Notes under the pieces: model-generated
What the model saw: only the letters and a program-made list of their open reading frames with translations
Database searches by the model: none
Told to the model about the DNA's origin: nothing
Sequence record: DRR723986_6243
DNA length: 35,846 bases
Strand: one strand, 5' to 3'
In this document: in pieces, positions 8,664 to 17,232 of the stretch
How positions within the stretch are numbered: the first letter of the stretch is position 1
Layout of the letters: each line of letters starts with the position of its first letter
Translations under genes and position numbers: made by a program

Positions 8664-9575
8664 ATGAAAAAAATTGAAGTCAACACACTAATTTTTACGG
8701 CTTTCGCCATGTGTGCGTTTGCGGCCAATTCCTTTTTTTGCCGTGCGGCCTTGGGCGCCGGGCAAATAGACCCTGCCAGCTTTACAGCCATTCGCCTGAT
8801 TAGCGGGGCCGTCACGCTGTGGCTGTGTTTACGCATTCAAAACAAGGGCGGACAGCAGGGCAGCTGGGCGGGCGCTTGGGCACTGTTTGGTTATGCCGTG
8901 CTGTTTTCCATGGCCTATTTGTACATGAGCACAGGTACCGGTGCGCTGATTTTGTTTGCCAGTGTTCAACTCAGCATGATTGCCTATGCCGCCACACAAG
9001 GTGATCGATTGAGAGGTTTGCGTGCTTTGGGTGCAGTGGTAGCGGCTGCGGGCCTGGTGTTGTTGTTGTGGCCGCACTTGCAAACACCAGCCTCAGTGCT
9101 GGCTGCGGTCAGTATGGCTTTGGCGGGTGCCTGTTGGGGTGTGTATTCCGTGGTGGGCAAGGGTTCCAAATCGCCTTTGGCTGACACCGCAGGTAATTTT
9201 TCCAGGGCAGCCATCCTGATGGTGTTGGTGTGGATGGCCGTGTACTTTTCCGCCAAGGCAGGTGTGCACATTCCGGGTGTGACGATGGAGCGCGGCTTGG
9301 CCCTGTACACCGTGTATCTGCCAACACCCACCGTGGCTGGCGTGTTGTTCGCCTTGGCTTCGGGCTGCCTGGCCAGTGGCATTGGTTATGCCGTGTGGTA
9401 CAAGGTGTTGCCGGCGTTGCCCACCACCTCGGCGGCCAGTGTGCAACTGAGCGTGCCGGTGATTGCGGCGCTGGCGGGCGTGGTTTTCCTGAACGAGGCT
9501 GTGACTGTTACCTTATTGGTGGCCATGGTCATGACCCTGGGCGGTGTGTATCTGGTTTTGCGCGCCAAGCGTTAA
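8664..9575 (+). CDS. DMT/EamA-family transporter
   Basis: 'AFAANS', 'FTAIRL.SGA', 'SGIGYAVWY', 'QLSVPVIAA', with many TM segments. Confidence 0.85.
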   Translation: MKKIEVNTLIFTAFAMCAFAANSFFCRAALGAGQIDPASFTAIRLISGAVTLWLCLRIQNKGGQQGSWAGAWALFGYAVLFSMAYLYMSTGTGALILFASVQLSMIAYAATQGDRLRGLRALGAVVAAAGLVLLLWPHLQTPASVLAAVSMALAGACWGVYSVVGKGSKSPLADTAGNFSRAAILMVLVWMAVYFSAKAGVHIPGVTMERGLALYTVYLPTPTVAGVLFALASGCLASGIGYAVWYKVLPALPTTSAASVQLSVPVIAALAGVVFLNEAVTVTLLVAMVMTLGGVYLVLRAKR

Positions 9576-9611
9576 AGTCTTCTAAATTCAAATTGGCTGG
9601 ACATTGAATCG

Positions 9612-10769
9612 ATGAATGAAGTTTCGAAACCCGAAGACGAGAATAACAAGCCTGCCGGGCCGAGCCCGCAGAACGCGTCAAGCCTGTCCAATCTGGCCAA
9701 GCAGTTTTACCTGCAACATTGGGGCTTGCTGCTCAGTGCTGCCTTGGTGTTGGCGGTGGTGATCAATTTGTGGCCTGTATTGGCGCCCTTCGTGGCTGCA
9801 TTTGTTCTGGCTTATTTGTTGGCAGCACCCAGCCGTTGGGTGCATGGCAAGTTGCGCGGGCGCATTCCCCTGCCGGTGTGTGCTGTACTCACTTTTTTTG
9901 CGCTGTTGCTGATTTTCTCCAGTGTGGGCCTGCTGTTTATTCCGGTGGTGTTGACCCAGCTTGAACTGATTCAAAACAATTTGCCGCAACTGATTGTGAA
10001 TGTGAAGCGCACGGTGCTGCCATGGCTCAATGAGGTGTTTGGCCTCGCTGTGGTGGTGGACAGCACTGAGATGCGAGACCGGATCGCGGCCTATATCAGC
10101 GAAAACCGAGGCACGCTGGCTGAGATCAGTACAAAAATTTTGCGCTCGGGTTCGCAGTCGGTGTTGGGCATTACCGGCTTTGTATCGCTGACTGTCATTG
10201 CCACATTGTTCATTCTTCCCGGCTGGACTCAAATTACCAAGCAGTTTCAGCAGGTCTTTCCGCCGCATCTGTGGAGGCGTGCACAACCCTTGTTCAGCGA
10301 AATCGACTCCGTCATGACCGAATACATCAAAGGCATGATGATCGTCATGCTGTTTCTCAGCACTTTTTATTCAATCGGCTTGAGTGTGGTGGGGCTTCAA
10401 AGTGGCTGGGCGTTGGGCATGTTGGCGGGCGTGCTGTGTGTGGTGCCTTACCTTGGTTTTGCTGTAGCTTTGCTGGTGGGCTTGTTGACAGCAGCGCTTG
10501 AGTTGCAGGGTTTCTTGCCGATTTTCCTGGTGCTGCTTGTTTTTGTGGTGGGGCAGTTTCTGGAAGGTTTTGTGCTGACCCCCTTGGTGGTGGGCGACAA
10601 GATTGGCTTGTCGGCACTCGCGGTAATTTTTGCACTGGCGTTTTTCGGCGCCATATTTGGCCTGGTGGGGGTATTCCTTGCGTTGCCGCTGGCAGCAATT
10701 TTCAAAGTGGCCTACATGCACGCGTTTGCTCACTACGAGAAAAGCGACTATTACACGCGGGGCACTTGA
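9612..10769 (+). CDS. AI-2E/PerM-family transporter
   Basis: 'LAPFVAAFVLAYLL', 'VPYLG', 'QFLEGFVLTPLVVG...GL', 'GVFLALPLAA'. Confidence 0.88.
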   Translation: MNEVSKPEDENNKPAGPSPQNASSLSNLAKQFYLQHWGLLLSAALVLAVVINLWPVLAPFVAAFVLAYLLAAPSRWVHGKLRGRIPLPVCAVLTFFALLLIFSSVGLLFIPVVLTQLELIQNNLPQLIVNVKRTVLPWLNEVFGLAVVVDSTEMRDRIAAYISENRGTLAEISTKILRSGSQSVLGITGFVSLTVIATLFILPGWTQITKQFQQVFPPHLWRRAQPLFSEIDSVMTEYIKGMMIVMLFLSTFYSIGLSVVGLQSGWALGMLAGVLCVVPYLGFAVALLVGLLTAALELQGFLPIFLVLLVFVVGQFLEGFVLTPLVVGDKIGLSALAVIFALAFFGAIFGLVGVFLALPLAAIFKVAYMHAFAHYEKSDYYTRGT

Positions 10770-10771
10770 AT

Positions 10772-10807
10772 AAAAAAAACCGGTGGGCTGCTCACTTCTC
10801 CCACCGG
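10772..10807 (-). terminator. Intrinsic terminator for the metal-dependent hydrolase gene
   Basis: Perfect 8-bp stem CCGGTGGG (10780-10787) / CCCACCGG (10800-10807), followed on the minus strand by U8 (A-run 10772-10779). Confidence 0.75.
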
Positions 10808-10839
10808 CTGATCAGCCCAAAGTTTCTGTCACGAAATTT

Positions 10840-11760
10840 TTAAGCTGCGTTTGCTTTCAACTGGCTGTTCATGCGTGCGCGGATGGCATTTGCAATCTCA
10901 GTGTTGGGCTTGCGGCCAGAACCTTCAACAGACGCCACAAAATTGTCGATCTCTGTCAGGAAGCGGCTGTTGTCGTGCATCCAGGGGTGGAAGTCGGCTT
11001 TGAAATAGTCCAAAAACTCGCCATTGGCAACCGGGTTGCGCAACACGCCTACCTTCTTACCCCACAGCATTTTGGTCACGGTCCAGAAGCCCTTCAGGTG
11101 CCCACCTTGAATGGTTTTGTCGGCAAACACCAGGCGCATGTGGAAGTAAGCCACCAGTGGCCAGAAAATGGCCGTGGCCAGCACCATGGCCAAGCGCCGT
11201 GTGAAGCGATTGTGCATGTTGTCGGGCAAGACATGGTTCCACACGTCATAGGCCACAGCTTTGTGTTCGGTTTCTTCGTAGGCGTGCCAAGTCCACATCT
11301 GCTTGTAGGCGGGGTCGGATTTCTCGCCAAGCACTTCTGGGTTGCGCAGCAGTTGGTCAGCCATCAGCGCAGTGTAGTGTTCCAGCGCAATGGTGCCTGC
11401 CAGTGTGAGGCGTTTGCCCAGTGTCTTTTTGATGAAAGCCAAAAAGCCCCACAGGAAGTTGTCCAGCTGGGATGCAGGCAGGCCAGCCCGGTCCAGCATC
11501 TCGTTGTATTCAACGTGCTCGCGGCTGTGCATGGCTTCCTGACCGATAAAGGCCACCACTGCTTTTTTCAATTCAGGGTCGGTGATGTCGTCGCGGTAGT
11601 TGCGCACGGCGTCCATGAACATGCGCTCGCCAGCCGGAAAGAACAACGACAGGGCGTTCATGAAATGGGTCACATGGGGACCTTGCTCATGCCAATTGGA
11701 TACCTTTTCTTCAGGCAAATTCAATTTGACATCGCGGCGTACAGGCATGATGTTTTTCAT
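10840..11760 (-). CDS. Predicted metal-dependent hydrolase (ferritin-like; Metal_hydrol family)
   Basis: 'NALSLFFPAGE', 'FIGQEAMHSREH', 'LEHYTA', 'WHAYEETEHKAVAYDV', 'FHPW'. AGGAG RBS. Confidence 0.88.
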   Translation of the reverse strand: MKNIMPVRRDVKLNLPEEKVSNWHEQGPHVTHFMNALSLFFPAGERMFMDAVRNYRDDITDPELKKAVVAFIGQEAMHSREHVEYNEMLDRAGLPASQLDNFLWGFLAFIKKTLGKRLTLAGTIALEHYTALMADQLLRNPEVLGEKSDPAYKQMWTWHAYEETEHKAVAYDVWNHVLPDNMHNRFTRRLAMVLATAIFWPLVAYFHMRLVFADKTIQGGHLKGFWTVTKMLWGKKVGVLRNPVANGEFLDYFKADFHPWMHDNSRFLTEIDNFVASVEGSGRKPNTEIANAIRARMNSQLKANAA

Positions 11761-11805
11761 GGTTTGACTCCTACACTCGTTTTATTGTTGTTGTCACAAC
11801 TAACC

Positions 11806-11825
11806 GTGACATTGCGCAATGTAAC
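11806..11825. promoter_or_regulatory. Palindromic candidate operator GTGACATTGCGCAATGTAAC
   Basis: Perfect 14-bp palindrome at 11809-11822, extending to 20 bp with one mismatch, about 45 bp upstream of the hydrolase start. Confidence 0.5.
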
Positions 11826-11905
11826 AATAAAATTTCATGTCCACAATAGCAAAACCTGAGTACCCCTTCTAGAAAATAATGCGGGTTTACCCGGAGTTTG
11901 CTGTG

Positions 11906-12310
11906 CTATTCCTGCACGCCAAGTGTGCTTTTGAAGCGGTCTGGAATGGGCGTAGAACGACCTGTCTCGGGGCTGACCCACACCATTTTTGCGCTGCCGG
12001 TTGCCACCAGAACTTCGGGAGTATCGGTGCGGCGCATCTCGTATTTTTGCACCAGGCTGCTGCGGCCCACTTCACCTGCAAACACCTTGATTTCAACAAC
12101 ACCGGGCGCTTTCAATTCTTTCAGAAAGCTGCATTCGGTGTGAACGATCACCACGTACGCGGGGTTGTTGTCCATGTTTTCCGGAAACAGCGCTATCCAT
12201 TCCACCCGGGCTTGTTCAAAACAACGGAAGTACACGGTGTTGTTTACGTGGCCTATTTGGTCCATGTCGCCCCAGCGCAATGGCACAGTGGTGGTGTAGA
12301 TTTCTTTCAT
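11906..12310 (-). CDS. Acyl-CoA thioesterase (4HBT/YbgC hotdog fold)
   Basis: 'LRWGDMDQIGHVNNTVYFRCFEQAR'. Confidence 0.9.
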   Translation of the reverse strand: MKEIYTTTVPLRWGDMDQIGHVNNTVYFRCFEQARVEWIALFPENMDNNPAYVVIVHTECSFLKELKAPGVVEIKVFAGEVGRSSLVQKYEMRRTDTPEVLVATGSAKMVWVSPETGRSTPIPDRFKSTLGVQE

Positions 12311-12313
12311 GTT

Positions 12314-12916
12314 TTATCGCTGGTTGCGTTGTTCGGTGCGCCATTGCCAAGGGGCTTGTGGCGCTGTTTGTTGCCACAAGCCTCTGCGTGCCTTGCGGGC
12401 CTCATCTTCGGCGGTCTCGTAAAGCACACGGTCTTCACTGCTTTGGCTGCGCGCAAATTCCCGGTACCACCAGGCATGCCCGTTTTCGATGGCTTTCAGG
12501 TTGATGTCGGTTTCACCATCGCACAAACGCTGCTGGCAACCTTCCAGGGGCAACACCACTTTGGCCACTTGTCGTTTGTAGCGGTCGGTGTTGTTCACGA
12601 TGATTTTTACTTTTTTGTTCAGCACCTGTTCGGTCAACCAGCGCCTGGACTGCTCTCCGCCCGCCTGATTTAATTCAGGTGCATCCACCGCATGCATTCG
12701 AATTTTGTGGGTGGCACCGTCAAGGTTGCGCACAGTCATGGTGTCGCCGTCAGCCACACGGGTCACTGTGGCCATGTAAAAGCTGCCCGAGGTTGCCGAG
12801 CCGGGCTGGTTCTGACTTTCTGAGTCAATGGGGCCACCAATGCCAATGTTTGGGCCGTAGGGGCTCACGTAATAGCCTAACAGGGCCAAAACCAGAGCCA
12901 ACACTTTAAAGATCAT
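12314..12916 (-). CDS. Thermonuclease (SNase) family protein, membrane-anchored or secreted
   Basis: N-terminal hydrophobic segment, 'DGDT', 'IRMHAVDAPE', 'DRYKR', 'GLW...PWQWR'. Start is ATG 12916 or TTG 12937. Confidence 0.85.
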   Translation of the reverse strand: MIFKVLALVLALLGYYVSPYGPNIGIGGPIDSESQNQPGSATSGSFYMATVTRVADGDTMTVRNLDGATHKIRMHAVDAPELNQAGGEQSRRWLTEQVLNKKVKIIVNNTDRYKRQVAKVVLPLEGCQQRLCDGETDINLKAIENGHAWWYREFARSQSSEDRVLYETAEDEARKARRGLWQQTAPQAPWQWRTEQRNQR

Positions 12917-12991
12917 ATTGGGTTTGAGAATGTTCAAGGTTAAGATGACTAGCGAGCCAAATCACGATTTTATAAAACAGCCGAGAGTAAC

Positions 12992-13795
12992 ATGGACAGA
13001 GTCAACCTGCAGTTCAACAGCGACAACACTGTGGCCACCGTGGCCTTGAACCGCCCCGACAAACACAATGGCGTGGACTGGGCCATGCTCAAGGAAGTGC
13101 GCAAAGTGCAGCGAACACTTGCCAAACACCCCACGCTGCGCGCAGTCATTTTGAAAGGCGAAGGCCCGTCTTTTTGTGCGGGGCTGGATGTGAAATCGGT
13201 GATGAGCAACCCGAAAACCGGTTTGATCATGTACGCAAACCTGTGGTTGCCCATGCGCAATATTTTCCAGACCTGGAGTATGGGTTGGCGTGACCTGGGC
13301 GTTCCAGTAATTGCTCAGATTCATGGCAATTGCTTTGGCGCCGGCATTCAATTCGCGATGGGCGCAGACATTCGCGTGTGCACCCCCGATTCACAATTGT
13401 CCATTCTGGAAGCCAAATGGGGGCTTGTGCCCGACATGGGCGGTGCAGCGCTGGTGCGTGAATTGTTGCCGGTGGATGTGGCCAAAGAGTTGACCATGAC
13501 GGGCCGCGTGCTCAGTGGTTTGCAAGCCAAGGAGCTGGGCTTGGTGACGCATGTGGTGGAGAATCCCGAGGACAAGGTGCAGGCCTTGGTGCAGGAAATT
13601 TTGACCCGCTCCCCCGATTCTGTGGCGGCAAGCAAGTTCATGTTGCAACGGATTTTTGGTATTGACGAAGCGGCGCATTTGACCCAGGAACGCCGCTGGC
13701 AGCGCCGGGTTCTTGGCTTTAAAAACCAGCGTATTTCGGTTGTGAAAAACAGCAAGCAACCCACCATGCCGTTTGCCAAACGACAAATTCGTTGA
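12992..13795 (+). CDS. Crotonase/enoyl-CoA hydratase family protein
   Basis: 'LNRPDKHN', 'FCAGLD', 'HGNCFGAG', 'EAKWGLVPDMGG'. Confidence 0.9.
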   Translation: MDRVNLQFNSDNTVATVALNRPDKHNGVDWAMLKEVRKVQRTLAKHPTLRAVILKGEGPSFCAGLDVKSVMSNPKTGLIMYANLWLPMRNIFQTWSMGWRDLGVPVIAQIHGNCFGAGIQFAMGADIRVCTPDSQLSILEAKWGLVPDMGGAALVRELLPVDVAKELTMTGRVLSGLQAKELGLVTHVVENPEDKVQALVQEILTRSPDSVAASKFMLQRIFGIDEAAHLTQERRWQRRVLGFKNQRISVVKNSKQPTMPFAKRQIR

Positions 13796-13881
13796 AATCT
13801 CGGGGTGTGCCGCATCCAGCGGCGCACTTCATGCAGTAACAACAGATTCGGGAATAAAAAACACAACACGGAGACATACCC

Positions 13882-15294
13882 ATGAAGGCCCTGACCCCCA
13901 ATGACCAATTGTTCTTGTGGCTGGAGCGCCGCAACCAACCCATGCACGTGGGTGGGTTGGTGCTGCTGAAACCACCCAAGGGCCAGAGCACAATCGATTA
14001 TGTACACAAGGTGGTGGCCGACATGCGCACGTACACCCAGCCGGTGGCACCTTTCAGTTTGCGTTTGAAGTCGCGATTGGGAATGTGGTTTTGGGTGGAG
14101 GACGATGAGTTTGACCTGGAGGCACACTTCATTCATTTGTCGCTGCCCAAGCCGGGCCGCATTCGTGAATTGCTGGAGTTAACTTCAAAGCTGCATGCCG
14201 CGCCACTGGACCGCGCAAAGCCCCTGTGGGAAGCCTATGTCATCGATGGTCTTGAAGATGGTCGAGTGGCTTTGTACACCAAGGTGCACCATGCGTTGGT
14301 GGATGGTGTGGCCTGCATGAAAATGTTGCAGCGTTCCATGGCCGATAACCCAGAGATCATGGACATTCCGCCGCTGTGGGCCAACCCGAATTTGCGTGGC
14401 TCGGTTCACCGTTCCGAGGCATCGGAAGGTTTGGTGACCATGCTGGGCCAAGTGCTGGACACTGCGAAAACCCAACTGTTCAGTCTGCCCAAGGTGGTGA
14501 AAGAAGTCGGACGATCCTTGTGGCAAACCAGTGTTGCTGATCCAGATTTCGTGTCGGTCATTCAAGCGCCACGCAGCGTGTTGAACCGCCGTATCACGGC
14601 CTCACGCAGGGTCGCCGCCCAGTCGTGGTCCATGGAGAGAATTAAGGCCTGTGCGACCGGCCTGAACATGACGTTGAACGACGTGGTACTGGCCATGTGT
14701 GGCTCGGCCTTGCGTTCTTATTTGAGCGAATTGAACGCATTGCCCGCCCGCCCTTTGGTGGCAATGGTTCCAGTATCGCTTCGCAAAGACGACACTGCCA
14801 CGGGTAATCACGTGGCGCTGTTGTTGGCCAATTTGGCCACTGACACCGAAGACCCCGTGGAACGGATTGAAACCATTGCGCGTTCAGTGAACCATTCCAA
14901 AGAACGGTTTGCCAGCATGAATCAAACTGAAATCATGAACTACGTGGCCACCATGATGGGCATTAGCGGGTTCAACATGCTGACCGGTTTGGCACCCAAG
15001 TTACAGGCTTTCAACATTGTGATTTCGAATGTACCCGGCCCCAAACACACCCTGTATTTCAACGGTGCAGAAGTGGACGGGGTGTACCCGGTATCGCTGT
15101 TGCTCGACGGTCAGGCTTTGAACATCACCTTGAACAGCTATGCCGGCAAGCTTGAATTCGGCTTGGTGGCGTGTCGCAGAACCATGCCCTCGATGCAGAG
15201 ACTGTTGCAGTTTCTCGAAGACGGCCTGGTCGAGCTGGAGGAGGCAGCAGCCAAGGAAGCCAAAGCCAACTTGAAAAAGCGCAACGCGGCTTGA
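13882..15294 (+). CDS. Wax ester synthase / acyl-CoA:diacylglycerol acyltransferase (WS/DGAT)
   Basis: 'QPMHVGG', 'PLWE', catalytic 'HHALVDG' (HHxxxDG), 'TLNDVVLA', 'ISNVPGP', 'ALNITLNSY'. GGAG RBS. Confidence 0.93.
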   Translation: MKALTPNDQLFLWLERRNQPMHVGGLVLLKPPKGQSTIDYVHKVVADMRTYTQPVAPFSLRLKSRLGMWFWVEDDEFDLEAHFIHLSLPKPGRIRELLELTSKLHAAPLDRAKPLWEAYVIDGLEDGRVALYTKVHHALVDGVACMKMLQRSMADNPEIMDIPPLWANPNLRGSVHRSEASEGLVTMLGQVLDTAKTQLFSLPKVVKEVGRSLWQTSVADPDFVSVIQAPRSVLNRRITASRRVAAQSWSMERIKACATGLNMTLNDVVLAMCGSALRSYLSELNALPARPLVAMVPVSLRKDDTATGNHVALLLANLATDTEDPVERIETIARSVNHSKERFASMNQTEIMNYVATMMGISGFNMLTGLAPKLQAFNIVISNVPGPKHTLYFNGAEVDGVYPVSLLLDGQALNITLNSYAGKLEFGLVACRRTMPSMQRLLQFLEDGLVELEEAAAKEAKANLKKRNAA

Positions 15295-15297
15295 GGT

Positions 15298-15507
15298 TCA
15301 GTCCTCGCTAAAACGGGAAGCCATTGCAATGCCAAACAAGAAGGGCCAGCGCTGGAATGAGTCGTATACCGCCTGGTCCTGTTGAATGTCTTGGTACATG
15401 TTGTGGTCAAAACCTTCCAGTTGGGCGCTGAGTGCGTAAATATCATGTGCCATGTCTGCGGGTGGCATGAACAAGGCGGGCGGTGAATTGGGGTCAAATT
15501 GTGCCAT
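15298..15507 (-). CDS. bcsR: Cellulose biosynthesis protein BcsR (YhjR-like)
   Basis: 69 aa. 'DIYAL...YQDI..Q......RWPFL' matches the BcsR pattern (E. coli 'DIVAL...YADI..RE.....KRWPLL', recalled). Starts 17 bp after the bcsG stop. Confidence 0.72.
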   Translation of the reverse strand: MAQFDPNSPPALFMPPADMAHDIYALSAQLEGFDHNMYQDIQQDQAVYDSFQRWPFLFGIAMASRFSED

Positions 15508-15524
15508 GGTTGATCAAGCCCCCC

Positions 15525-17228
15525 TCAGTTGGATGCTGCAATGGTTTGAACCGGACCCAGTATTTTCCATGCGGCACCTGGGGCTTTGATCCAATACGAT
15601 CCCTGACTTTCCATCACAGTGATGTTGCCTTGTTGGGATACAAATCGGGTGTCGGGTAGGTCGCTGAGCAGCACTGGCCATGCTGGTTTTTGCTGTTGCT
15701 CGGCTGGTAGTGCCAGCCAACGTGCCAACAATTCACTGAGCGCGGTGTAGCTCACTGATTGCTTCACTGTCACTGGCCCGGTGCTTGCAGGTGTATAACC
15801 AGGTGCTATCCAGTAACCAAATACAGGTACTTTGGTGATGGCGGGTGTCGGTAACTCGCGCAGTCCCACCAGTTGACCAAATTCACCAGTTAAGCCGGCG
15901 CCGTGTTCGGGTACCACCACCACCAGCGCCTTGCGTTCACTGCGGCGAATTTCCCCAAGTACGGATTGAATGTCATTCAACATACGCTCAAGGCGCAAGG
16001 GGTAACTGTTCAAGCTGTTCAGGTTGCTGTTGGGCAAACGGTTGCCGTCATGCAAGGTGATGCTGTTGTAGTAATAAGCCACTGCGGGCCCGCTTTGCTG
16101 AACGCGTTTGTTCCACCATGCACGCAGGTAATCACCATCGCGACCCACGCGTGAGCCATCAAAGGCCTGCACCCCGGCGGGCACTTCATCATGGGCCACC
16201 AGTTCAGTGGCTCTGCCACCCAGGTTTGTTTTTACAAGTTTTGAGAAGTCTTGAAAACGACCATCGTGATTCAGCCCCATTTCCACTTCAAAGCCCACGT
16301 TTCTCAGTTGCTCGAACAGCATGCAACTGTTGCTCGCCGGGCTGTAAAGTGCATCGTGCGGTGTTTGCCCACATTTTCCGCGCAACAAGCGAATGGCGGC
16401 TGGCCCCGAGTAACTGGTCGCTGAGTTGAAGTTTTCGAATACGAAATCGGCTTGCCGAATAGCCGGGTGTTGGCTCTGTTTTGCATACTGCAGGTCAGCC
16501 CAGGACAGCGAACAGATTTGCAGCACAATCACATCGAAATCCGGACTGGCCTGGGGTGCAAAGGGTGCCAGTGCAATGGTGCGTTGCCTTTCAAAAAAGC
16601 CGGCGAGAACGGCGCCCGGCCCCGCACCTTCATAGGCGTTGTCTCGAAGTTTGGTTTGACTTTCCTGGTCGCGCGCTACCCGCAGTTTTTGAAAATCGAC
16701 TTGGCCGAGCGCCAGTAGTTCAGCGGGCGACAAGTTTTCACGCGCCTGTATTTGGGGTTCAAGCACGGTAGCAGTGTTGTTGGTTTGGGTCTGCTCTTGA
16801 ATAAACGGCAGTGCCTGAATACCCAGGATGCAGACAAGCCCGAAGCCGACCCAACTACTGATGCGTATGTAACGATCCAGCACCCGCACTACCATGAAGC
16901 CCAGAAGTGCGCCCCACAGCATCCAGGGTTGAATGGTACGCTTGAGCAGTTCCCACAAATAGTCTGGGGAAAAACCGAACAGTGCCTTGATTTGATCAAC
17001 CAGCGCCAGCGACACCACCAGTCCTAACTCATGCAAGAGCAAAGCGATCGCCGGCCCGGTGAACACCAGGTAGCGCAGTACCTTCATCAGTTGCTTGTTC
17101 TGATAGGCCGCCGGGTTGGTGGCAATCAACAGGGCAAACAGACCCAAATTCCACAAGGGGCTAATGGTCAGTTGCCCGGCGAAGTGCAAGCCAAACTTGA
17201 TCAGGAAGTACAGGTTCCACAACAGCAT
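15525..17228 (-). CDS. bcsG: Cellulose phosphoethanolamine transferase BcsG
   Basis: N-terminal 'WNLYFLIKF' TM domain, 'QICSLSWADL', catalytic 'NSATSYSGPAAIRLLR', 'LHDGNR', 'PEHG', 'GLRELP'. Confidence 0.93.
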   Translation of the reverse strand: MLLWNLYFLIKFGLHFAGQLTISPLWNLGLFALLIATNPAAYQNKQLMKVLRYLVFTGPAIALLLHELGLVVSLALVDQIKALFGFSPDYLWELLKRTIQPWMLWGALLGFMVVRVLDRYIRISSWVGFGLVCILGIQALPFIQEQTQTNNTATVLEPQIQARENLSPAELLALGQVDFQKLRVARDQESQTKLRDNAYEGAGPGAVLAGFFERQRTIALAPFAPQASPDFDVIVLQICSLSWADLQYAKQSQHPAIRQADFVFENFNSATSYSGPAAIRLLRGKCGQTPHDALYSPASNSCMLFEQLRNVGFEVEMGLNHDGRFQDFSKLVKTNLGGRATELVAHDEVPAGVQAFDGSRVGRDGDYLRAWWNKRVQQSGPAVAYYYNSITLHDGNRLPNSNLNSLNSYPLRLERMLNDIQSVLGEIRRSERKALVVVVPEHGAGLTGEFGQLVGLRELPTPAITKVPVFGYWIAPGYTPASTGPVTVKQSVSYTALSELLARWLALPAEQQQKPAWPVLLSDLPDTRFVSQQGNITVMESQGSYWIKAPGAAWKILGPVQTIAASN

Positions 17229-17232
17229 GGCC

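Noticed and set aside
10783-11859. 358-aa plus-strand ORF
   Set aside because: Antisense shadow of the metal-dependent hydrolase, with no recognisable motifs.
11879-12673. 264-aa plus-strand ORF
   Set aside because: Antisense to the thioesterase and thermonuclease genes, both of which have clear family motifs.
13348-14136. 262-aa minus-strand ORF
   Set aside because: Antisense to the crotonase and WS/DGAT genes; no protein-like features.
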